64,000 bases of DNA from a virus. The number at the start of each line of letters is the position of its first letter. The stretch's first letter is position 1. Under the pieces are notes generated by a model, which saw nothing but the letters and a program-made list of their open reading frames with translations, did no database searches and was not told the DNA's origin. Both the position numbers and the translations under genes were made by a program. The stretch lies in the IMG/VR virus record IMGVR_UViG_3300033075_000810; one strand, 5' to 3'. Shown here piece by piece: positions 1-9,125 of this stretch.

Positions 1-57
1 GTAAGGGCAGGGGACTCGCCCCTGCCCTTGTTTTGAACGCCCGAGTCGGCAGCCCCC

Positions 58-1200
58 TTATTGGAACAGCCTGGCGTGCGAGTCAATCACCTCCTTCACT
101 GCACGGAGGGCGTTCAGGGCCTCGTCCTCGCGGACGACGCACTTGTCAAGATTGCCATAATGGCTTTCAAGACAGTTCAGCAGTAGCTCCTTGATCGCCG
201 TCTCGTCCGGCGAGTGCCTGAGGGTGGACTTGCTGTACACCTCGGTAAGATCGGCCTCACGCTGGGTGAACCAGTCCCTCAGTTGCTGGAGCGTCCAGTT
301 GCCCCGGCGGATGTCCTTCAGCATCTCCTTGTGACGCTGGAGGTCGATGTCGCCCTCCACCATAATCTGCTCGGCCTCCATGACGAGCCTCACGACGTGG
401 TAGCCGAACTTCCAGTCGGCACCGTGGACCTTGACGCCCCCGAACCGCTTCGTCTTGGCGAAGCCGTCGAGGAACATCTGGTGGTAGGTCTTCAGCTTGT
501 CATCGGGCATGTGGTACAGCGGGCCGGCGGTGGCGATCCCCCTGGGGAGCATCGCCTTCCTGGCACGGTCGCGGCTCTCGATCTCCTTCTCCACGTCCTC
601 CAGGGTCGTCTTGCGGTCGATCCCGTTATCGGCCTCAAAAGCCCAGATGCCCTGGTACTCCTCGGCGTTGGGCTTCACGTCCATCTTGTGTAGCTGGCTG
701 TAGGCATAGCCCCGGAAGGTGTGCCAGGCCCCCTTGTGCAGGAACAGCCGACGCCTCTCGCGGACGAGGGTGGCGACCTGCGTGGCGTGCAGCACGCAGT
801 TGGTCGGCGTGAAGAGACTGTCGATCATATTCGGATTGTTCTCCATCACCAGATGGAAGTACCGAACGATGTTGTAGACGGAGAAGTCGTACTCCCGCCC
901 TTTCCCGGCCATCGCCGTCTCGTCCTTGATATGGTGCTGCTGCCACTGGTCGAACCGCTTGGTCTGGCGTCCAAACCCTGGGATTTCGCCGGCGAGGTGG
1001 GGGAATACCACCGGCTTGGACGGGATACAGAAGCCATACACGTCCATGTCGGATGTGTCGCTCGACACGCCATAAGCAGTACTTCCCATGATGGTCAGGT
1101 AGTGGCAGTTGGAGGGCAGCCAGTCCGGCGGGTGGATCAGCTTCCTCTTCTTCAGGTCTTCCAGCAGCATTGCGGACCTCCTTGGGCGTATATCTGACAC
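58..1200 (-). CDS. predicted nucleotidyltransferase (PF10127/RlaP-like, Pol-beta superfamily)
   Basis: N-terminal motif IMGSTAYGVSSDTSDMDVYGFCIP matches the GSxxYG...SDxD signature of the predicted-nucleotidyltransferase family; ORF reaches the window edge. Confidence 0.6.
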   Translation of the reverse strand: MSDIRPRRSAMLLEDLKKRKLIHPPDWLPSNCHYLTIMGSTAYGVSSDTSDMDVYGFCIPSKPVVFPHLAGEIPGFGRQTKRFDQWQQHHIKDETAMAGKGREYDFSVYNIVRYFHLVMENNPNMIDSLFTPTNCVLHATQVATLVRERRRLFLHKGAWHTFRGYAYSQLHKMDVKPNAEEYQGIWAFEADNGIDRKTTLEDVEKEIESRDRARKAMLPRGIATAGPLYHMPDDKLKTYHQMFLDGFAKTKRFGGVKVHGADWKFGYHVVRLVMEAEQIMVEGDIDLQRHKEMLKDIRRGNWTLQQLRDWFTQREADLTEVYSKSTLRHSPDETAIKELLLNCLESHYGNLDKCVVREDEALNALRAVKEVIDSHARLFQ

Positions 1201-1235
1201 CTCTTGGCCGGGCCTGGTTCAGCCCTGCATCACGA

Positions 1236-1616
1236 TCACGTCGGCCATTTGCCGACAACCCACAGCTTCTTCACCTCGTCCATGATGGCGACGATGGTCT
1301 TCTCGCTCTCCCAGTTCTCGTCCACCACGGCGGTAGCACCCTGGTAGTGGGCACTGTCGCTCAGGATGAAGCATATCATCCTCTCGTCGCCGTGGTAAGG
1401 GCCTTCCTCAGACCCCTTCCAGAACTGCACCATCTCGTCGCCGCCCTCCCATCTCAGGAACGACTCCCTGGAACGGTAGACGTAAAAGGTCTGGTCGTCA
1501 TCGAACTCGACCACCATCTTCGGCCAGTGGTGCAGGCACACACCCAGAACGTCCTTGACGAACTGGGCGTAGTTGCCGCCGTAGCCGAACAGGATGTCCT
1601 CGCCGCCGATCTCCAT
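1236..1616 (-). CDS. hypothetical protein
   Basis: ORF with protein-like composition and GC3 bias, packed between neighbours; no recognisable domain. Confidence 0.5.
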   Translation of the reverse strand: MEIGGEDILFGYGGNYAQFVKDVLGVCLHHWPKMVVEFDDDQTFYVYRSRESFLRWEGGDEMVQFWKGSEEGPYHGDERMICFILSDSAHYQGATAVVDENWESEKTIVAIMDEVKKLWVVGKWPT

Positions 1617-1617
1617 G

Positions 1618-1941
1618 TCAGGACTCCTTTTTGGGAGGGTGACCCTCGGTGATGCCCTTGGAGCGGTAGTGTTTCACCAGCCGCTCGTCTAGCCACTCGG
1701 GCTTAAACCAGTAATGGTTCTTGAAGAAGTCATCGCCGTGCTTCTTCGCCATCCCCCTTTCCCAGTAGGCACAGCCGAACGTGTCGGTGGCGTGGGGGCT
1801 GCGGTCGCCGCAGTGGGGACACGGACGACGGTAGTCCTTCTCGTCCCAGGGGCACTTCCCTGAGTAGAGCAGGTAGCAGCGGTCGCAGATGTAGTCGCGG
1901 GGTGAAGCGTTCTCAAGCTCGTCGTCGGTGAACATGCTCAC
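1618..1941 (-). CDS. hypothetical Cys-rich (zinc-binding) protein
   Basis: CxxC...CPHCGD motifs; start follows the upstream stop closely. Confidence 0.5.
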   Translation of the reverse strand: MSMFTDDELENASPRDYICDRCYLLYSGKCPWDEKDYRRPCPHCGDRSPHATDTFGCAYWERGMAKKHGDDFFKNHYWFKPEWLDERLVKHYRSKGITEGHPPKKES

Positions 1942-2597
1942 ATCCAGCAGTGGAACGCACGCTCAAACCGCTTTTCGGCGGCGTGCCAGTTGTCCAGATC
2001 GCGGCCCGGCACCCTACCAGACTGCTCCCAGTAGTGGTAGGCCAGGATGCTCACCGCCTCATGGCGGACGCGGTCAACCCACTCGCTCGGCGGGCAGCCG
2101 ATCCACATAGGGATTCTAAGGTCGCCGGCCTGGCGGATGTAGTCGGGGTGCTTGTAGATGAGGCCCAGGATCACATCCCTCGTCTGGCTAATCTCGCCCC
2201 AATCAACCAGGGGGCCTATATGGAGCATGGGGACGAGTGGCGGGAACGTGACCTGATCGGGGAACGGCAGGGTGATGCTATCAGGTATGCCCTGGGTGTC
2301 GATCTTGATCACGCTGGGGACTGGGTAGCAAATGCGGCAATAGGGGTCTTCACCGTCGCGGTGGGCACTGCACAGACCACTGGGGGCTGGGATCTTGTAG
2401 CCGCTGATATCCGGGGTGCCGAATATCAGCGGCGGCAAGTTAATGTCTACCGGCGGGCATTGCCAGCCCTCCGGTAGAACTAGGTCTGGAATCTCAGGAC
2501 ACTGGGGGATCGGGATCTGAAACTCTTCCGTCATCGGTTCCTTCGTCCGCCAGGGGACCGGATAGGAACACGGTGCCCGGCGGGTACAGAGACACAT
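1938..2597 (-). CDS. DUF2934-domain protein (start probably internal, near 2537)
   Basis: C-terminal AYHYWEQSGRVPGRDLDNWHAAEKRF matches the DUF2934 motif A..LWE..G.P.G..DW..AE; the N-terminal listed residues look like GC-driven artefact. Confidence 0.5.
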   Translation of the reverse strand: MCLCTRRAPCSYPVPWRTKEPMTEEFQIPIPQCPEIPDLVLPEGWQCPPVDINLPPLIFGTPDISGYKIPAPSGLCSAHRDGEDPYCRICYPVPSVIKIDTQGIPDSITLPFPDQVTFPPLVPMLHIGPLVDWGEISQTRDVILGLIYKHPDYIRQAGDLRIPMWIGCPPSEWVDRVRHEAVSILAYHYWEQSGRVPGRDLDNWHAAEKRFERAFHCWM

Positions 2598-3174
2598 CCC
2601 CCGCGACGGCCCCGGTGATCACAGTCTCCAGGGTCGGCTCCGTCATGCCCATGCGAACGGTGCCGAAGTTCGTCGTCCAGTAGTTTCCAGCCCTGCCGAA
2701 CCCAACGTCTCGGAAGTTGCCGTTGAGGATGTTCTGGCGGTGGCCCGCACTATTCATCCAGGCGTTGAACACCTGCTCGGCGGACTGTTGCCCGGCGGCG
2801 ATGTTCTCGCCGGCGTGACCGTAGGGGTAGCCGGCGGCTCTGAGCCTGTCCGTGAAGGGTGCCCCGTTCTCGTCGTGGGTCATCTTACGGTTGGCCTGCA
2901 TCCAGTTGGAGTGCTTCTGTGCAGCGGAGGTGAGCCGGGCATCGACAGCCAGAGGGGCTAGGCCCCTCTGGCTGCGAGCCTGGTTGTGCAAGGCCAGGAG
3001 CTTCGCTGAGTCCCCTTGGGGTTCTGGGGTGGGGGGTGGGGGACTCGGCTCGGGATCAGGCTTAGGTGCTGGCCCCGGCCCTGGCTTTGGCTTCAATAAA
3101 GAGAGAAGCCACTGGGCAAGAAGTTCTCCCAATTTCCGCCAGTCAGTTGTTTCGGGCATTGACCACCTCCGCAC
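2494..3174 (-). CDS. CAP/SCP/PR1-like domain protein with Pro-rich linker
   Basis: LALHNQARS...HSNWMQ...GENIA...AWMNSAGHRQNIL...YWTTNFG matches CAP-superfamily motifs; N-terminal hydrophobic segment followed by KPKPGPGPAPKPDPEPSPPPPTPEP linker. Confidence 0.7.
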   Translation of the reverse strand: MRRWSMPETTDWRKLGELLAQWLLSLLKPKPGPGPAPKPDPEPSPPPPTPEPQGDSAKLLALHNQARSQRGLAPLAVDARLTSAAQKHSNWMQANRKMTHDENGAPFTDRLRAAGYPYGHAGENIAAGQQSAEQVFNAWMNSAGHRQNILNGNFRDVGFGRAGNYWTTNFGTVRMGMTEPTLETVITGAVAGDVSLYPPGTVFLSGPLADEGTDDGRVSDPDPPVS

Positions 3175-3718
3175 GGCTCAGTTCACGCCACTCGCAGGCG
3201 ACCGGGATGTCGTTCCGCTCGCAGAAGCGGGCGAACTTCACGTCCTCGCTCGACAGCCGCAGCAGACGCTTGCTGTTCTCGGGGTCTTCCAGCAGCGTCC
3301 TCAGGGCGATGCGGGCCATATCGCTGTCCTCAGCGATGGTCTTGATCTGCTCGTTGGTCAACTTATCCTCCGGTTTCTCGGTCTGGTCGGGCGTCAGCAG
3401 GATCGGTTTCCAGTCCCAGCAGTCGTAGTACACCAGATACAACACCAGTTTGCGTGGCTGCTGCCACACCCGGACCCTCATCTCGCTGATCGACTTGTTC
3501 GGCCTTTCGCAGGGCATGTCATACCAGTCGTTGATCTTCTGGGTCAGCGGGTCGTCCACGACAGGGTGGTCGTAGACGGGGAGTGGTCTGCCGTTCCAGA
3601 CCTCAAAACGCCTAGGCAGAGACTCCAGCTTGTCCACATGCAACGTGCCGTGGCCGTGGTTGACCTCGTCCCAGGAGTTAGTCCTAAGCCAACACTCGAT
3701 CCAGCAGTTCTTGATCAT
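3143..3718 (-). CDS. hypothetical protein
   Basis: 191-aa ORF with good coding composition; no recognisable domain. Confidence 0.5.
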   Translation of the reverse strand: MIKNCWIECWLRTNSWDEVNHGHGTLHVDKLESLPRRFEVWNGRPLPVYDHPVVDDPLTQKINDWYDMPCERPNKSISEMRVRVWQQPRKLVLYLVYYDCWDWKPILLTPDQTEKPEDKLTNEQIKTIAEDSDMARIALRTLLEDPENSKRLLRLSSEDVKFARFCERNDIPVACEWRELSRAEVVNARNN

Positions 3719-3745
3719 GCCATGAAAGAGTGAGCCTCGGCAAAA

Positions 3746-4855
3746 TCACAAGCAGTACTGCTCTGGAGACAGAACAGACGCCTGTGTCCGCTGCTTGTGA
3801 GCGATCAGAGCCTGCTCTGCTCTATCCCTTGTCTTATAGTTGCCCACGTTGTACTTGACGCCTTTGTGCTTATACATGGCCTTCCAGAGGCGACACCTCT
3901 TGTCCCAATACACACCCCTGATACCGGAGGTGTTGTTCAATGCTAGGGTGGCCCCCAATTCCTTTCTTAGGAAAGAGGAGATAGTGGACCTGCCGCGTTT
4001 GACCTTCTTGGCGATGCAGCCTATATCACACCCTCTGTTATGCTCTGTCAGGATCGCCTCTTTTTCGGCCTCCGACAGCACGCTTTGCCCAGGCAGGCGG
4101 TAAGCCACCTTGTGTCGAAAGCAATCCCACAGCATGTATGGCTTTACTAGAGCCAGAAGCGTCTCCCATGAGCGGGACCGCACGCACAGCTTATGATTCC
4201 CGTTCTTGACATGACGAGGATACGCCTCGATGCCGAACCGAACCACGACACTGGCGAGGAACTCCACGTCATCTAAAGAGAAGCCCTCAGTGTGGAAGCT
4301 GGCCGTTCTGCCTTTTAGGCTGTTGGTCCCGTCGTCAAAATACCACACAGCCAGAGCCAGTGAGTCCAACTCAAGGTCGCGTGGAACCACCTTGACGCCT
4401 TCAGGATACCACTTCGCTCTCAGTTCGGTCAGCCTAGGGTTAGCAGGGACACGCACGGCAAATCCAGCGTGAACCTTCTCGCCTAGCCTAGTCTTTCTAG
4501 CTGTTATGGTTGAACCTGGGAACTCTTGCTGATGCCAAAGCAGGTAGTCATGGTGAGCGGCACACTGCCCTTTTGCCAAAGCCGACTGTCCGTATTTGGG
4601 CTTGGTCAGATACCCATCACCCAGAAGTGACCCGATGATGATGGAGTGTTGTCGCGGGGTGAATCTCTCCGCAGCCTCCCTGCTGGCTGCGAAGGCTTGT
4701 AAACTCTCTTTGGAGATCCAGCTTTCGTGGTAACTGACCCTTTTTGCGGCCAAGTCGCCTTTCTCGATCAGCCTGTACACCGTCTGTCTGCTGATACCTA
4801 AAAAGGATGATGCTTGCGGCAGCCGCACGAACCCATCTGGTGGTGTTGTAGCCAT
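3746..4855 (-). CDS. LAGLIDADG homing endonuclease with N-terminal HTH and C-terminal AP2 DNA-binding domain
   Basis: GSLLGDGYL LAGLIDADG motif; N-terminal excisionase/MerR-like HTH (LGISRQTVYRLIEKGDL); C-terminal SGIRGVYWDKRCRLWKA...YNVGNYKTRDRAEQA matches the AP2 domain; AGGAG-like RBS upstream. Confidence 0.7.
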   Translation of the reverse strand: MATTPPDGFVRLPQASSFLGISRQTVYRLIEKGDLAAKRVSYHESWISKESLQAFAASREAAERFTPRQHSIIIGSLLGDGYLTKPKYGQSALAKGQCAAHHDYLLWHQQEFPGSTITARKTRLGEKVHAGFAVRVPANPRLTELRAKWYPEGVKVVPRDLELDSLALAVWYFDDGTNSLKGRTASFHTEGFSLDDVEFLASVVVRFGIEAYPRHVKNGNHKLCVRSRSWETLLALVKPYMLWDCFRHKVAYRLPGQSVLSEAEKEAILTEHNRGCDIGCIAKKVKRGRSTISSFLRKELGATLALNNTSGIRGVYWDKRCRLWKAMYKHKGVKYNVGNYKTRDRAEQALIAHKQRTQASVLSPEQYCL

Positions 4856-4926
4856 GCTAGATGGTAAGAGCCTCCCGTCGCTCAGACAACGGGAGGCTCT
4901 TCTGTTTAGCCGGCGTCGGTCAAAAC

Positions 4927-5643
4927 CTACTGCATGTCGTGGTCAAGTTCCACGTTCCAGTACGCCACCCCCAGGAATGCCTCCCAACTCTTCACCCGGT
5001 ACTCCCCCCTGAATAGCTGGAACTTGGGCCTGAACGGCTTCCTGCGGAGCTTCATGCCGGCCTGCTCTGGCGTCCTGTCCGCCTTGAAGCTGTTACACTT
5101 CACGCAGGCCAGGGCACAATTCTCCCAGGTGGTCTGACCGCCCTGGGCACGCGGCACGACGTGGTCGATGGTCAGTTCCTCGGTGCCTGGCCGGCCACCG
5201 CAGTACTGGCACTGGTTGGCGTCACGCCGGTAGATCGTCCGCCGGCTGAAACTGAGCTTCTGCTGCGGCAGCTTGTTGTACCGCGTCAGGAGGATGATCT
5301 CAGGCACGCGGAATGCCTTACTCACACCCCGGATGGCCGGCTCGCCGTCCTTAGGACGCATTGCCGACCAGTCGGCCCAGGAGTAGTTCTGGTAGTCCGT
5401 CACGTCGAGGACTTTGGCCTTGGGCTGGCCGTCCGCGTAGTTGGAACAGAGCAGGCCCATCGCCCGCTCGATGTCGATCACCTTGATCGGGGTCCAACTC
5501 TTGTTCAGGACTAACACCTTCCGCTTCGCTACTGCTGACATCTCATCCTCCTCGATTGCATCTAGGTCACTGGTATGTACCTCCCCGTTAGGCGAGTTGC
5601 TGTTAGGACACCGCGTCCCAGGCCGGGTTCGCTTGACGGGCAA
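4927..5643 (-). CDS. HNH homing endonuclease
   Basis: CQYCGG...LTIDHVVPRAQGG...WENCALACVKCNSFK is a classic HNH motif. Confidence 0.75.
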   Translation of the reverse strand: MPVKRTRPGTRCPNSNSPNGEVHTSDLDAIEEDEMSAVAKRKVLVLNKSWTPIKVIDIERAMGLLCSNYADGQPKAKVLDVTDYQNYSWADWSAMRPKDGEPAIRGVSKAFRVPEIILLTRYNKLPQQKLSFSRRTIYRRDANQCQYCGGRPGTEELTIDHVVPRAQGGQTTWENCALACVKCNSFKADRTPEQAGMKLRRKPFRPKFQLFRGEYRVKSWEAFLGVAYWNVELDHDMQ

Positions 5644-5715
5644 AAAGAAAGGCCCGGCTACACGACCCCGCCAATAAGACGAGGCCCCACACTAATCTAG
5701 TGTAGGAGGGTCCAG

Positions 5716-6399
5716 ATGAGCAAAACGTGGGCTGAGAAAGCAGCGATTAAAAGGGCAAGCGGGATCTGCGTCAAATGCTCAGAACCTGCCAAACCTGGGT
5801 ATACGAAATGCCAGCGTCACCTCGACGCCAGGAAACGAGATGGGGCATGCAGGGAGTGCGGAAAGGAATGCCCTGGCCTGAAAACGTGCCCTGCATGCTC
5901 CGAACGCAGTCGGCTCAGGAAAAAAGAGCTTAGGAGGGAGAGGAGGGAGAAGGGCCTGTGCTTCAGGTGCGGGATGCCCGCTATCCCGAATAACTGCCAG
6001 TGCGAGACGTGCTGGTACAAGCACACAGCCCAGAGACACCTAGGCCAGAGGAGTCTGTGGGTTGATCTAAAGCAGAAAATGCTGGACCAAGGGCACAGAT
6101 GCGTCTACTCGGGGCTGCCGATCAGGGAGGGGGTGGACGCAGCCCTCGATCACCGGGTGCCCCGGAGTCGTGGCGGACCCAATACTATCGACAACCTCCA
6201 GTGGGTCCACTATTCGGTGAATACGCTCAAGGCTCGCTTCTCGGAGCAGCGGTTCCTTGAGCTTGTCTGCACGATTGCCCGGCACCAACAAGATAGCCCC
6301 GGCGTCGATAGCCGGGGCCATCAGGGCTGTCGGACGGTCAGACCGCCAGCTTTTCACGGCGACGAGGGACAACCTTCTCCTCCTCCTCATGCACCTTGA
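5716..6399 (+). CDS. HNH endonuclease with N-terminal Cys-rich zinc ribbons
   Basis: CVYSG...LDHRVPRSRGGPNTIDNLQWV HNH motif; AGGAGG RBS at 5704-5709; repeated CxxC pairs at the N-terminus. Confidence 0.7.
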   Translation: MSKTWAEKAAIKRASGICVKCSEPAKPGYTKCQRHLDARKRDGACRECGKECPGLKTCPACSERSRLRKKELRRERREKGLCFRCGMPAIPNNCQCETCWYKHTAQRHLGQRSLWVDLKQKMLDQGHRCVYSGLPIREGVDAALDHRVPRSRGGPNTIDNLQWVHYSVNTLKARFSEQRFLELVCTIARHQQDSPGVDSRGHQGCRTVRPPAFHGDEGQPSPPPHAP

Positions 6400-6574
6400 G
6401 GTCGCCCAAGACGCCCCTCAGCACCTTGGCGAGCTTCAGATCCTTCCTCAGGTGCGGCTGAAGCGACTTGCTCTCCAGCCAGGCGAGAATGCACTGGACG
6501 CCGCCCTGGAGGAGGATCAAACACCCCGGCTAGGAACCCTAGCCGGGGTCTTCAGATTCTGGTTGTGGCTTACT

Positions 6575-7042
6575 TCAGGCGGCGAGCTTCTTCCGGTGCC
6601 ACTCCAGCACCTGTTCGCACAGGGCGTCCAGGCTGTGGACGACCTTCAGCCCCGGCCTCTCCAGGCCGCACTGCACGACCACGTCCATCCGCCGGCTGTA
6701 CTCGGTGTGGGTTCCGACGAAGACGGGCTTGGGCCTGGGCAGCCACGATCCCAGTTCAAACAGGGCGATGGGGCAAACCGTCTCCCTGGGAAACCAGAAC
6801 AGGATCGCGTCGGCACGCAGCAGGTGGGCGTGTTCCCACTTGATCTGCTTCGTGGACTCATCCGGGTTGTCGATGGGCCACTCCTTGCGGCGGGGGTTCA
6901 GCAGGACGAGGTTGTCCACGCCGGTGAGCTTGGCGACCACCTCCGACTGCCAGTCGTGGCAGCCGGTGATGCCGCCGGCGAGGAACAGCTTCGGCTCGGG
7001 GCCGGCCCCGCTGCACTCCTCCAGTGCCTCGATGTACTTCAC
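6575..7042 (-). CDS. nucleoside 2-deoxyribosyltransferase-like protein (putative)
   Basis: KLFLAGGITGCHDW...LLRADAILFWFP...ALFELGSW resembles Rossmann-like nucleoside deoxyribosyltransferase/Rcl family proteins; weak. Confidence 0.4.
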   Translation of the reverse strand: MKYIEALEECSGAGPEPKLFLAGGITGCHDWQSEVVAKLTGVDNLVLLNPRRKEWPIDNPDESTKQIKWEHAHLLRADAILFWFPRETVCPIALFELGSWLPRPKPVFVGTHTEYSRRMDVVVQCGLERPGLKVVHSLDALCEQVLEWHRKKLAA

Positions 7043-7356
7043 TTCTCAGCCTCCTGCCTCAGCATCTGCTGGACGACCTCGTTGGTCTGGTGTTCGCTGT
7101 AGGAGGGGAAGAGGATACGACCGATCCTCTCCATGTCGGCCTTGCACAGACCCTCCCTCGCCGCATACACGACGATCTCCCTCGGCTCCATGAAAAGCCG
7201 CTCCTTGCACGCCTCGATGAAGTCCTTGGCCGCGACGTTCCGCGACTCCTCGATGGCAATCGCCGCCTCCATGAGGCCCTTGAGGCGGCGGGCGTAGGTG
7301 AACTCAGACTGCGGAACCATTGACCGCCACCTCCTGTCGGGGACGCCTCTTGGCAC
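7039..7356 (-). CDS. hypothetical protein
   Basis: 105-aa ORF with good composition; its stop overlaps the next gene. Confidence 0.45.
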   Translation of the reverse strand: MPRGVPDRRWRSMVPQSEFTYARRLKGLMEAAIAIEESRNVAAKDFIEACKERLFMEPREIVVYAAREGLCKADMERIGRILFPSYSEHQTNEVVQQMLRQEAEK

Positions 7357-8293
7357 GCCTGATCCACTCGGGCGGCTGGAGGTTCTTGTAGAGTTCGGTC
7401 AGCGGCGGGGGCGGCGGACCTTGACGCACCTCGGGGTGCCTGGAACCGCCGGCGTAGACCTGATGCTTGATGGCGTAGCCACGGAACTTGTTCTCGTCGT
7501 TGAGGATGAGCAAGTACCGCATGATCAGGCTATCGGTCGGCGGGAAGTCGCCCCTGAGTACGACACACAGCCGCTCAACAAGTTCGCCCTTGTTGAAGAC
7601 CTTCGTGATGCCGTGGCCGGGGAAAATCTGGTAGCGGAGTCCGCTCTTGCCGGTGATGACGATGAAGCCCTTCTTCAGGTAGCCCTGGTACTGCTCCAGG
7701 CCGATCACGCGGGCCAGAGTCTCCCTGGCCCTCTCCTCCCTGATGTCCCTGGCCTTCTCCAGGCCCCTCTTGCTGGTGATGATCGTCGGGGCCATCCTCT
7801 CCCTGATCATCTGCCGCAGACGCCGCTCGGGGTCCGGGTAGACCTCGTTGCAGTAGTAGGTGTCGTCGGTCGCGTCCCAGTTCCACACCGCCTGCGTGTG
7901 GCGGGCCACGATCCGCCAGGTGCGTTCCTCGGCCATCTGCCGGGTCAGTTCGCAGTCCTGGGTCCACTCGTCGGCGGTGCCCATCCACGTCCACTTCACC
8001 TTCATGGTGGCGGTGCCACTGCTGGACGTGGCGACATAGGGGGACCACCCCACCGCCTCCGATGTGACGCACCAGTCGCCGCAGGTTCCCCGGATTTTGG
8101 GCAGCGTGGTGACGGTGCCCACGGAGACATTGAAGAAGCGGGCGGTGCCCTCGCTGGTGACGGTGAGCCTGGGCATGTCGTTGACCCCCGTCCCGTCCAC
8201 CTCCATAGCGACCACGCGGTCGCCCTGGATGACGGCGGGCATGTACCATGTGCCGCATGTACTGGTGACGTTGTCGGTGTTGGCCGTGATCAT
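7304..8293 (-). CDS. hypothetical protein (start taken at internal MITANTD)
   Basis: the listed 360-aa ORF has an artefact-like Pro/Ser-rich N-terminus; the internal start at about 8293 overlaps the upstream stop at 8295; no recognisable domain. Confidence 0.45.
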   Translation of the reverse strand: MITANTDNVTSTCGTWYMPAVIQGDRVVAMEVDGTGVNDMPRLTVTSEGTARFFNVSVGTVTTLPKIRGTCGDWCVTSEAVGWSPYVATSSSGTATMKVKWTWMGTADEWTQDCELTRQMAEERTWRIVARHTQAVWNWDATDDTYYCNEVYPDPERRLRQMIRERMAPTIITSKRGLEKARDIREERARETLARVIGLEQYQGYLKKGFIVITGKSGLRYQIFPGHGITKVFNKGELVERLCVVLRGDFPPTDSLIMRYLLILNDENKFRGYAIKHQVYAGGSRHPEVRQGPPPPPLTELYKNLQPPEWIRRAKRRPRQEVAVNGSAV

Positions 8294-8294
8294 G

Positions 8295-8657
8295 TCAGCC
8301 CCCCGCGACGGCGGCGACGGGCAGGAAGATGACCTCGCCGGCGTTGGGGTCGAACTTGTCCATGACCTCGGCAGAGGCCCGGCCATCGACGCCGACGCGG
8401 TAGGGCACCAGCCCCTGCTCGACCAGTTCCATGAACATCCGCTCGGCCTCAGCGATCTGGAACAGGTCGTCCGTGTCCCAGGTCACCCGCTTGTCGCCGT
8501 CGCGGATGGTCATGATCCTGAAGACGCCGTGGCGGGGCGGCGGTTTTTCGCCCTCCTTCAGGATGCCCAGGTTGGCTGGAATCTGGATCGGCTTCTCGAC
8601 GTGCGAGGGCCTGAAATTGGGACTCCCCGGCTGGCCCATGCCGATGGGGGTCACCAT
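8295..8657 (-). CDS. hypothetical protein (start at internal MVTPIGMG)
   Basis: the distal part of the listed ORF is GC artefact; the proximal 120 aa are protein-like. Confidence 0.45.
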   Translation of the reverse strand: MVTPIGMGQPGSPNFRPSHVEKPIQIPANLGILKEGEKPPPRHGVFRIMTIRDGDKRVTWDTDDLFQIAEAERMFMELVEQGLVPYRVGVDGRASAEVMDKFDPNAGEVIFLPVAAVAGG

Positions 8658-8683
8658 GACGGTACGTTCGTCCACCCTTAACC

Positions 8684-9058
8684 TCACTTGCTGGGTTTGG
8701 TGTAGTCTTGGAGTTTCTGGAACACGTCGTTGAAAGTGGTGGGCAGCAGCCAGGCGTAGGCGTTCACCTCCACCCGGTCGTTGGCCCGCCCGGTGTCCAC
8801 CTCGATTTTGACGAAGACCGTGGCCTTGTTGGCGGTATCGACGTGGGACCACGTCCTCGTCTCGCCGGCGGTGATGGCCTGACAGAGATCCTGCCAAGCC
8901 GCGTACCACTTGGCGTTCGGCACGGCTGCCTTGAGCTTCAGGTTGTCGTCGTGGAAGTGCGTCTCCTTCCCCGAGTCATGAACGCGAAGGTGCCCCAGTT
9001 GCGTGGGCGTTCCCGCCGCACGACTCTGGGGCACCAGCGTCTCTCGTTCTCCTCCCAT
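8684..9058 (-). CDS. hypothetical protein
   Basis: 124-aa ORF with protein-like composition. Confidence 0.45.
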   Translation of the reverse strand: MGGERETLVPQSRAAGTPTQLGHLRVHDSGKETHFHDDNLKLKAAVPNAKWYAAWQDLCQAITAGETRTWSHVDTANKATVFVKIEVDTGRANDRVEVNAYAWLLPTTFNDVFQKLQDYTKPSK

Positions 9059-9125
9059 GTGCAGACCCTCCTACCCACCGGGCGACGGTTGCATCCATGA
9101 TATCATCGGGGGGCCGAACGTCAAG

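Larger units (their letters stand above)
3746..6399. mobile_element. cluster of three consecutive free-standing homing endonuclease genes (LAGLIDADG-AP2, HNH, HNH)
   Basis: three adjacent homing endonuclease genes recognised by motif. Confidence 0.5.

Noticed and set aside
7298-8332. 344-aa plus-strand ORF and 227-aa minus-strand ORF (7575..8258) overlapping 7304..8293
   Set aside because: Arg/Gly/His-rich artefact composition with no coding periodicity compared with the chosen frame.
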